This document shows positions 1-9,890 of a stretch of DNA of 64,000 nucleotides, piece after piece; within the stretch, counting starts at the first letter, position 1, and the number at the start of each line of letters is the position of its first letter. The DNA comes from Anthoceros angustus (taxonomy: Eukaryota; Plantae; Anthocerotophyta). The notes beneath the pieces are model-generated. The model saw only the letters and a list, made by a program, of their open reading frames with translations. It was not told the DNA's origin and ran no database searches. Where the stretch lies: positions 2,108,001 through 2,172,000 of the forward strand of contig VJWM01000044.1 in assembly GCA_010909165.1 (NCBI GenBank), read 5' to 3'. The position numbers and the translations under genes are program-made.

Positions 1-994
1 GGCCTCATAGTGGTATTGGTAAAATTTCCGGCCTAGCTGGCACGGTTGCTCGGTTAGGCAAAACACATTATAAGTCCTCTCGGGATGGTGCCATGGGTTC
101 TAGTAGCGAACATGGGGAACAAATCGTCAGTTTATTCATCGTTGGGGTTTGGTTCACTTTCAAAAGGAAACAAGGCATATTTTGAAGGGTAACTTTGATG
201 TATAGAATATTGCATGAACATGTTGTCCCATGCATTCTTGTAGAAACAAATTTAATAGGTGCTATGGTAAAATATTTTTCAAATTGTGAAAATATAAGTT
301 TCAAGGCTTGTTTTGAAGGCCTAACCCATATGAGCTTAACCCATGAAGGTCTTGAAGGGGCTGGTTCGGATAAACCCTTTGCATGCCACACGAGTTCATC
401 ATGAAACTCACTTTATCTAGAAATTGCCTTTCCATCCAGAAATAGCCATCAACTTATGGATCTAGGTCAAAGAGGTTTATAATACACTATAAGAACTCGA
501 GCAAGATAGTCTATAACAGGTCGTAAGAATCATGTAGATTAGGGATTAAATGCTTTAGCAATGTGCTCCATCTTTTTAAAAACTCATAACATAAGCTAGG
601 ATTTCTAAGATTGGAGGTTTTTTGCCATGCATGCACCTAGTGTATGAAACTATAAGGACCAAGTTGCAATACCGTTTGAATTGGGAGAAGGTAAATACTT
701 AAAAAACATAGTAATCTAAGATTCCTAAGATTGGAGGGTTTTTGCTATGTATACACCTCATGTATTTTTTGAATATATAGACCTTATTATTGCAAGAATA
801 CACCATAGTGAAAATATGCTGTAATTAAAAAAATATAGCATACCTTTTTTGCATGGCCATAACAAATGGTGAATATGTCTGAATGTATATTATTTTAATG
901 ACTTAAAATGTGAATGACCTAGGGAACAAATAAGGGCAGCATGTCACATGAGGCGGTTTACATATGGGTAGAGAGTTCAAAGCTCTCACAAATA

Positions 995-1210
995 GACCAC
1001 ATGGACACACATTTATAAGAACGTCGTTATTAAGCATCCTGCGCTTAGATCGGTACTTAGATGGGGTGCCTAAAGGAAGTGGATGTTTTTCTGTAAAAGT
1101 GATGTTATTAAGCATCCTGCGCTTAGATCGGTACTTAGATGGGGTGCCTAAAGGAAGTGGATGTTTTTCTGTAAAAGTGATGGGTGATAAAAGTAGCTTA
1201 GGCACACCAT
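995..1210 (+). mobile_element. 5S-rRNA-headed SINE-like element, copy 1 (3' tail missing, 78-bp internal tandem duplication)
   Basis: Shares ATGGACACACATTTATAAGAAC..TTAAGCATCCTG.GCTTAGATCGGTACTTAGATGGGGTGCCTAAAGG..AGTAGCTTAGGCACACCAT with copies at 9738, 28912 and 37545. Bases 1026-1103 are repeated at 1104-1181. Confidence 0.8.
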
Positions 1211-1668
1211 TATTATGACCAAATTATTTCGGGAAACCAGTTTGGTTCTTCGTGGCCGCCATTTTTTGCCTCCAAAAAGCTTCTTGTGTGGGCAAGATGC
1301 AATTACCGCAGACCGACAAACACTAAGTGTGTGTCAAACAATTTTATTTATAGAATCAAGTCGGAAGAAGTTTGAATTTCTGAACTCTTCCGGCCAGCAG
1401 CAGCTAATGACTTCGACTATAGTTTAGGTCGTCCAGTACTCGTGTTTTCACCAGTACAACCGACGGCTCACAACTCCTCTGCACCTCTCCGGTACACCAC
1501 CCACAAACCAGTTGCAACACACTTTACGTGGGCCTTTAGGCAAAAACCGACGTGCTCTCAGGGTCCATTTTGTTCCTACAAAATAAAAGACCTTGACAGT
1601 AGCCAAATTGACTGGAGATAAAGTTTCACGGTATGGTTCACCTGTTAAAATCCTTAGCAACTGTATAA

Positions 1669-1870
1669 TCAGTTGCCCGACTGTTGCAGGTTGATGAGCT
1701 TGCAATATGCTCCTTTCCTTGCAAGCAATTCCTTAGGACTGCCTTGTTCAATGATAGTTCCATCTTGCACAACTGCAATTGTATTGGCTCCCTGGATGGT
1801 GGACAGGCGGTGCGCAATGACAACAGTTGTTCTGCCTTGCATCAATCTATCCAAGGCCTCTTCTCTGATC
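1669..1870 (-). pseudogene. C-terminal fragment of an ABCB (MDR/P-glycoprotein) transporter NBD2
   Basis: [55 protein letters not shown] is the typical ABCB C-terminus (H-loop IAHRLST). No intact Walker A or signature motif is found upstream. Confidence 0.8.
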
Positions 1871-2939
1871 CGCAGACATGTAGAAGTGCAGTACATGGTA
1901 AGTTTGGCGTGGCCGCTGATGCTAGTGCTTGGAACATCGGGAATTCACATTGTGCTTCATCAAATTCCACTGGCGACAGGAGATAAAGCAAGCACGTAGG
2001 TAACAACAAATGCTGGTAGATGCAAACACAGCAATCTTGCGGCTATGCTCTGAATTCCGAACAGAACATTGATCAGTCGGACATGGATGTTGATCAGGAT
2101 GCTAAAATCTCACTTCTGAAATTCTCTCTTGTGGCTCCTGCACAGCCTATTACGTAATTGAAGACTTGGTGGATTTGCAATTACAGCCATGATGTCCTAC
2201 ATGCAGGCAAGTAAAGCGATGCATCACATCAGATATTCCAGATATCAGAGCTCAAACGCCAACTGCATGCAGTCACAGGCGCTAGCCTCTGCTTCTCCTC
2301 ATCCGCTGCTAGAGGCACGATGCTGTCAGTCGAATGTGCTGCAGCCACACACCAGCTAGTGGACCACAGAAATCACATCTACCGTTCGACGAATGAATTC
2401 GAAGGTAGGAGATGGATTGAAATGCCGGTACGGACCAACTTGAGCACACACAAGCAGCCATAGCCGGTCAGAAGCTACTGGGAACGGAGTCACGCGTGCT
2501 GTTGGAGCCCCTTGGCAGAAGCAGGATGGGCCTCCAAGTCGGAGCTTCATGGGGGAAGGAAGGGCGCCGGGTACGGTAGTACCAGCTTTTTATTATGCTG
2601 GTATATCGCTCTGTTCCTATGGCTGCACCCGATATAGGCGGTGGGTGGTCGTGACCGGCCGATCCCGTCGGCCACTTGCCACGATCCTCATTTTATTACT
2701 CATTTCCAACAATGATTGTGCAACACATTGTAGGTGAGTGACCGGGTACTCAATACAAAGGATTCTAGTACAGTTCTGAGTTGCCTGCACTAAGAGACGA
2801 TGGCCGGCTGGTTTGAGGCTCCAGACCCATGTTCCTACTTGGGAAGGAGGCGTGGGTCCAAATCCTATCCTAGCGATAAAGCAGTTTGATAAATACCGTT
2901 GCTGAGGGCTGCTTTTGAAAATAATTAGGAACAGTTGAG

Positions 2940-3570
2940 GCTCTCATCCCGCCTGTGTTGTATACAGAGGGATGTAGCAAGACAACTATGTCCAAGGAAA
3001 TCACACACCCGAGAATGTTCCACAAACCGATTTCTGTTCCCTGGGCGTGCGCCTCATCAGTGGCATAAGGGGACGTCAGTGGGTCCAAGTATGTATCGTC
3101 AGAAAGCACCCTCCGCAACTTGGCTGTCTGCAGATTACCACAAAGGGGAAGGTGCTTGCAACGAGGTTAAGCTTGTAAAGGGTGAACATATGCACTTGGG
3201 ACTGCGAAGCCCAGCAAAAGACAATCCGCAACCCAGCTGCTGACCATTTGTGGTGTAGGGCCCTAGCTTCCATGAAAATGCCCTGGGGCCGGAGTGGCAT
3301 GGGCAATGTGCCCGTGTTCCAGGACTACCAGCTCTGGAACTTCGAGCCTGAGGTGATGATCCATCGCGATCGATTGGAGTGCTGGTGCCTGTGGTTGCCC
3401 ATGGCTGGTGCTGGAGCTAGCGGGCTCGCACGGTTTCAGTCCATGAGCTTCCATGAGGCTAGGAGTATTAGTATGGGACACGAAGATTCCACAAGGAGCG
3501 ACAGCGCCAGCAGCAGGACTGCGCACGCGGACTCCGACCAGATCGACAGCGATCATAGCTGCTAACCTCT
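2940..3570 (+). repeat. Diverged direct duplicate of 4460-5310 (upstream region and 5' end of the DUF677 gene)
   Basis: Long shared blocks such as TCTCATCCCGCCT..TGTCCAAGGAAATC, GTGCCCGTGTTCCA.GACTACCAGCTCTGGAACTTCGAG, GAGCTAGCGGGCTCGCACGGTTTCAGTCCATGA and GATTCCACAAGGAGCGACAGCGCCAGCAGCAGGACT. Confidence 0.9.
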
Positions 3571-3910
3571 TGGTTTGCGATTAGGTAAGGTAGACTGGAA
3601 CCAGGTCCGGATCTCAACACCTCGCAATTCCATGGCCATGCAGGCAGCAGCAGTTCTCATGGCGAATAAACTCACACAGCCCAGCGAACGGACACGAGAC
3701 CCGAACCCCCAAAGCGGCAGCTGCACGGCGAAATCAGAGAGCTCTATGGATCTGCTGGGATGAAGTTTGAATTGAAAACGCCCACCTCCCCGTGCTCAAC
3801 CGTGCTCAGAACATGGTGTCGTGACAATTCTTCCAGTGCAATCACGCTATGGGCTTAGGGAATTTAAGACCGAGGTGGAATAATCCGGACAGCACGATGA
3901 TCGGGAACCC
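3401..3910 (+). pseudogene. Deleted/decayed DUF677 (UPF0496) paralog, copy A
   Basis: [28 protein letters not shown] matches the intact gene's exon 1, but the EEYRKACRT block is missing and a stop follows. A GTAAGG donor is retained, and a weak exon-3-like remnant lies near 3870. Confidence 0.7.
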
Positions 3911-4988
3911 TTTACAGCAGGCCTGCGCGCAAACCATTCAAAGTGAACCACCCAGTCTACAGGCGCTAAGGACTCACCCTTACCAGCATAGCTGCCCTTC
4001 TCTGGTAATCACAACTCGAAAGGTTGGAGCTATTTGATGACTGAGTTGATATCCACTGATCCACGAGTAGATGATGGATGGATGGATGTCCTTCACACGC
4101 ACACGTATTCGAAAACTGCATCCAACAACGGAGGCCACAACAGATGCTGCAAGGGACTAGCTTCGAGTAGCAAGCCTTGACAAACCACTGGTGGTCCACT
4201 CAGGCGAGGAGGAGCTGAATGATGCTTCCCGGTTGGCAATTGTGAGGAGTCCCCTTCCTCTTATACATCGCTCAGCTATCCTTGGCTATCCATCCAAGCT
4301 GGCGGAGGCATACCTCCGCCACACGCTTTCCTATCCTCATAGATTCCCCGCTTATCACGCTTCTTGCCGGAGTACAGCATGACTGCACTTGGCTGCCTAA
4401 GACGGAACAGAGACGTTTTCACACACCCGTCCTCCTCACGTCTTACTCGAACTCAGGTTATCGAGTCTCATCCCGCCTCTGCTAAACGATTGCATGGACA
4501 GCAATGTCCAAGGAAATCGCACACCCCGAGGATGTTTCACCAATCGATTTCTGTTCCATGGCCGTGCGGCCTGCGCCTCATCTCATTGGTGCTCAGGGGA
4601 CGCCAGTGGGCCCATGCACTGAGCATCTAGAGTCAGAAAGCATCCCTACGCAACTTGGCTGGCTGTAGTTAGGGCCATTGCTTACGAAAGGGAGCCGAGG
4701 GAGCTGCTTTCTTTCGGGCTCCACCCGCACGAAGGGGAATGTGCTTGGAAAGAGGCAAGCTTGGAAGGGTGAGAACGTTAACATGTACACTCGGGGGTGC
4801 CAAGCACAACAAAAGACAACCAACCCGCAACCCAACTGCCGACCATTTGTAGTGTAGGGTTCTAGCTTTCCATGAAAATGCTCTGGGGCGGAAGTGGCAT
4901 GGCTCTTGTGCCCGTGTTCCAAGACTACCAGCTCTGGAACTTCGAGGTCATGATCCCTCGTTTAGAGTGCTGGTGCCTCTGATTGCCC

Positions 4989-6615
4989 ATGGCTGCTGCT
5001 AGAGCTAGCGGGCTCGCACGGTTTCAGTCCATGAACTTGCATGAGGAGTACAGGAAGGCCTGCAGGACCAGCTCCTACGTCGAGCTGTGGATGAAGGCTC
5101 ACTGTCAGATGAAACAACAGCCTCTCGACTCTGGCAGCAAGTCTGTAGGTGACGCGTTGGAGGCCTTGAGCAAGATCTTCTCCGTGCCCAACAAAAAGCA
5201 CTTGGTCAAGTTTTTGTCGCTTAAAGACGATTCCACAAGGAGCGACAGCGCCAGCAGCAGGACTCCGGACTCTGACAAGATCGATATCATTGCTGCTAAC
5301 CTCTTGGACCCTGATCAGGTAAGGTAGAGTCGTATCTGGTCTAGATCTAGATCTGTGTCAGGAGTGAGTTTTTGTGACGGATCTCCTATTGGAATTCTCA
5401 CAGGCAGAAGTGGATGCGGTGCTGAGAGACATGGACAACCTGTGGGCCACCTCGGCCTCCTTCTTCAAGCTGGTTCTGGACTACTTTGACAACAGCCTGA
5501 AAGCATCAGATCTGTGTGGCGAGCTTCTCAAAAGTGTGGCGCAAGCCCGAGAAAACAACAGGATTGTGGAAAGTGCCATGAGCATCATACACTCGGAGAG
5601 CACCTTAGATCCCGTCGACACCTCGCAGGCAGCTGACACCAGCAATTCCGACGCCGACGACTCCATCCTGTTATCCGAGGACTCCAGCAGCAGCGGCGCT
5701 TCCCGCAGCAGTAGTTTATCCAAAGCTGCTGATGGTTGTCACCCGATTGATATAGATGACGAGCTTTCCTCCGCTGTCTACTCCCACAGCCATCACAAAC
5801 GCAGCTACATGCTCAGATCCGTCCACCAGGAGCTTCACAGCTACGTCGAAGCAGAGAACCCGTTCTTCGACATGGAACAGTTTCAACCAGTGTTAGGAGG
5901 GTTCGCTGACGTGCAATGCCGTCTGGACAGGAAGAAGAGAAAACTGGATACGCGGATGCGGATTTGCAAAGGAATGGTAAACATCTGTTCTGTTGTGCTG
6001 GTTACTACCTGTGAAGCAGTAGGGGTGTTAAGGGCAACCAAGGATGGAAAGGATCGGACTGACTCCGTTGGGTCTCCTATCAAGGGCTGTCTACAGAGAT
6101 GCTTCTATAACAGCAACATGAAAGCGTTCAAGGTTCAGGTATGGCTTGATCGGTGCTTGAAGCGTTCAAGCACTTCTTCGTGTGGACCTGTTTGCGTGTT
6201 TACTCACACTGAAAAAACGTCCACAACAGCTTGATGCAGCATCCAAGGGCACATACGTGGTGACTCAAGACCTCGACACCATCAAAAGGCTAGTTGCACG
6301 ACTCCGAAACGAGGTCGAACATACCAAAGGCAGGATAAGGTTTTGGAATCGCCAACGTGATGACCAGAATCCCGTTAATGTACAAGCCTCTTCCACCTTG
6401 AGACTCAGATATGTTATCTGTATCCGATACCTACCTGTTTGTTGACCTACGCTTGTGCTTGCTTGCAGGTCATGGTCGACCATCTAACAAAGAATCAGGC
6501 AGTCTGCTCCCAGCAGCTGGATGATCTTGAACAGCACATTTACCTGTGCTTCATGACTGTTAACAAAGCTCGGACCCTCATGGTTCAGAAAATTCTGTCG
6601 AAAGTAGCTCCATAG
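4989..6615 (+). CDS. UPF0496/DUF677 family protein, 4 exons (4989-5318, 5404-6138, 6230-6373, 6469-6615)
   Basis: Motifs [72 protein letters not shown] and [19 protein letters not shown]. Three phase-0 GT-AG introns join the frames. The third donor (GTTAAT) is weak. Confidence 0.88.
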
Positions 6616-6935
6616 CCTTGCGTGTAACCCTGCCGACAGTAGGACACCGTGTGTAGTTACAACTGTAGAACCTGTACTGTTAAAACTTACAAAATTGACG
6701 ACATGCTGACAAAAGCAAACATGGACCGATCCCTTCAGTACACTGGAAGCTTTGCTCACTCGAAACCAAAGACCTTTGCTCATACATCACGACATTTGAA
6801 CACTTGTTGTTAGCTTTTCCAACCAGCTTGGCCGCTTTGCTCCGTAGAAATAGTGAGCGGGAATCTGAGAGAGCTGGTCTGAAGCCATGAAACCTGAATA
6901 CGGCACACCAGACGAAAGGCAGTCATTAAGAGCTG

Positions 6936-8224
6936 TCAATCCCAAATGCTGTGCAAACTTTGTCGGTCGCTGGAAGCATGATGGAAAGCAACAACCAGCA
7001 AAAACTTGTATTGGGCAACAAGTTGCGGACCTTCGATGTGGTGAACTATCTTTCCAGACTTGATCAGTAAAACAACTGGGGTCTTTTCTATCTTCATTGC
7101 CCCAACCAGATCCACCTCAGTCCCAGCATCCAATTTGACAGCCTGCAATGCCCAAAACGGTTCATTATCCAGGTGAACCAGATCCGATGACCTGCACGGG
7201 AAAATGGAACCTTGTTCCCAACGTACCCGAACTGGTACTCGTGTCCAAATGGTATCCACCATCTTCTCCACCTCTTTCAACATTTGCCATCCCACACGAC
7301 CTCTGAAGAAGAGCAGGACAAGCCAGGACGTTAGGGCTCACACCAAAAGAGTTCGATACCTGGAAACAGCTTCAAAGACAGATGACAGGCGGACGGTACC
7401 CTGTCCCATATCGTTCATACACATAAACCACCACAGGACTCATGTTATCGAACACAGTGGGTCCCCATTCTGCAGCGGTTGTCTCTGACGAATCCTTTCT
7501 GATAGTCTTCATCCCAATTGAGGTCAAGCTCGTCATCACTGCCACTATCGTCTTCCTCTCCCGCTGTCCTATCCCTGGTCAACTTCACTTTTTTCTTCGT
7601 CAAAGAACTCCGACACTCTGAAGCCCCAGCCACTCTCCCCCTCAGGAGGCCATGTAGGGTCGTCTTCGTCCACAATAAGAGGATAGTCCTCGTCTTCGTC
7701 CTCGTCATAGTCGGGATCACTAGCACGTAACCTTTCCAACTCTTTCTCAATCCTTGCGTGCAGGGTCTGTCTGCCCTTCACCAGTAGAAGCGGTCCCCAC
7801 GTCCTCTTCATCATCCACTTCCGTTAAGGGCTCCTTCGATGTGGGCCGGCCTCCAGCACTACCCACTGCCACTCCAGTTCACGAGATACATCCTTCTCTT
7901 GCTCCTCAGGAACTTTAACCCTCCTGGGCCGTCCTCTCCCTCTTTTCTTCTCAACCTCCGGCGCAATCTCTTGACCTGCGGTGGAACATCTTATGCCTGT
8001 TGCCACCCTCGTAGCCTTCCAGTTACAGGTCAATGTGAATGGACGATCACCTGCCCCTGCAAAACAGAACCATGTTAGAATAGCATCCTCACAGGGAATA
8101 TGAAAAGGAGCTTCGAGAGGGAAACCATACAACGGATTCCCGAATGTCCATCCTCCACTGCATCCAATAACGATAACCTAGGAGCAGATGCCACTGTTCC
8201 AAGCCATCGGCCCGCCGCTGCCAT
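6936..8224 (-). pseudogene. MRL7: RCB/NCP (MRL7/SVR4)-like plastid thioredoxin-fold gene with several frameshifts
   Basis: IVDEDDPTWPPEGESGWGFRVSEFFD, TTAAEWGPTVFDNMSPVVVYVYERY, WQMLKEVEK and AVKLDAGTEVDLVGAMKIEKTPVVLLIKSGKIV match the MRL7 family. The blocks lie in different frames without introns between them (at least 3-4 shifts in 7480-7870). Confidence 0.82.
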
Positions 8225-8441
8225 GATCTCCTACAAACTGAGCTCAACCCTAAACCCTGGGCTGGATTTTGTGAGCTTTCACCTCCAAGCAACCCGCTAA
8301 ATTTGAAGTGATCGGCTGTCTTGCCACTCAGTGTACCGTAGCCATGTGCATCACCTGATTTCCTTAACGGTGAACATCCTGATGGCATCTCCACGCTCTC
8401 ATTTTCTAGTTCAGTGCTGCTTGATGTTCATCTTTTTTTTG

Positions 8442-9170
8442 TCTGAGGACTCCAGCAGCAGCGGTTCGTCCAAAGCTGATGATGCTTGTTTTCCGCCCGG
8501 TAGACGACGAGGCTTCCTCGCCTGACTATTGGCACAGCCGTCACAAGCGCAGTTTCATACTCTGATCCGTCCACCAAGACCTTCACAGCTACGTCGAAGC
8601 AGGAGTGTTGAGAACCATGATGGATGAGGAGGGTGGGCCTGACTCCGTTTCTCCCACCAAGTCCTGTCTAAAGAGATGCTTCCATAACCGCAAAATGAAA
8701 GCGTCCAAGGTCTAGGAAGGAGACACTTCTTCTTGTGGATTTGGTTGTCTGTTTACTCACTCTGACAAAATGTCCTCAACAGCTTGGAGCAGCATCCAAA
8801 GGCACATACGTGCTGGCTCAGGGCCTCGACACGATTAAAAGGGTGGTTGCACGACTCCGCAACGAGGTTGAATAAGACTTTGCATCGCCAACGATGACCA
8901 GAATCCAGGTCATGTACCTTGAGACCCAGGGTCTCCCTGATACCCAGATACATTATCATCTGCATCTGGTACCTACCTGTTTGTTGACCTGAGCTTGTGC
9001 TCACTTGCACGTCATGCATGGTCCACCATCTAACAAAGAATCAAGCTGCTCCCAACAGTTAAATGACCTTGAACAGCACATGACCTTGAACAGTGCCGGC
9101 AGCTATGCTTCATGACTGTTAAACAGAGCTCGAAAATTCTGTCGGAGGCAGCTCCTTAACCTTGCCTGTA
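8442..9170 (+). pseudogene. 5'-truncated DUF677 paralog, copy C (duplication extends to about 9520 and includes the MRL7 3' tail)
   Basis: Homologous to 5675-6615 (CTTCACAGCTACGTCGAAGCAG, GCAGCATCCAAAGGCACATACGTG, GGTTGCACGACTCCGCAACGAGGTTGAA) with an internal deletion and an in-frame TAA. 9400-9510 matches 6870-7050. Confidence 0.85.
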
Positions 9171-9651
9171 ACCATGCCGATAGTCGGACTCCTGTAATAC
9201 AATTGTAGATACATACTGTTAAAACTTACAAACTTTCACGACATGCTGACAAAAGCAACCGTAGTCTGATCCCGTCATTGTGCTGGTTGCTTTGCTGACT
9301 CAAAACCAAAGCACGTTGCTCATCCATCACACCCTTCCCACACTTGTTGTTCGCTTCCCGACCAGCTTGGCCGCTTTGGTTCTAAGAAATAGTGGGCGGC
9401 AATCTGACAGCTGATCCGAAGCCATGAAACCTGATATTCACACCCGACGAATGGCAGTCAACAAAAACTTGTCTTGGGCAACAAGTTGCTGACCTTCAAT
9501 GTGGTGGACCGTTCAGCTACATCAAGCAGATCTGAAGTGGAAAATGCCTGTGCTGCTTCTGCTACTCCAAGGACATAGGCCAGTTTTTTGGTGAATTTGA
9601 TCGGAGGACATTGGACAGTTGTGGAGCTCCCTGTGCTGCACATCAATTCAG

Positions 9652-9890
9652 CTTCCCTTTTCTCTTTTTGGGTTGTTTCTCCTCGGACTTCGGGGGTAGA
9701 TGAGATTTCCCATCTCTTCTATTACTAAGGCCTACTCGTTATAAAAACCTCGTGATTAAGCATCCTGAGCTTAGCTTAGGCACACATGGTACAATTTGTT
9801 AAGTTGTTAGGTACCAAGTCCCATGATGGAAATCCGTCCATAGTGGACTTCAATAAAATTCTTCTTCTTCTTCTACTCTATTCATTCAGT
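9652..9890 (+). mobile_element. 3'-UTR remnant of a CRE-clade non-LTR retrotransposon, interrupted by SINE copy 2
   Basis: CTTCCCTTTT..CTTTTTGGGTTGTT.CTCCTCGGACTTC..GGGTAGATG.GATTTCCCATCTC.TCTATTA.TAA..CTACTC|TATTC matches the minus-strand sequence at 63496-63600 that follows the QRVSIALQKAQ ORF end. Confidence 0.8.
9738..9872 (+). mobile_element. 5S-headed SINE-like element, copy 2 (5'-truncated, internal deletion, CTACTC target-site duplication)
   Basis: GTGATTAAGCATCCTGAGCTTAG..GTACCAAGTCCCATGATGGAAATCCGTCCATAGTGGACTTCAATAAAA(TTC)n. CTACTC flanks it at 9732-9737 and 9873-9878. Confidence 0.85.

Noticed and set aside
1-960. AT-rich segment with short ORFs and a ~55-bp imperfect repeat (595-655 versus 715-770)
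   Set aside because: TE-like, but no terminal repeat or protein motif could be identified.
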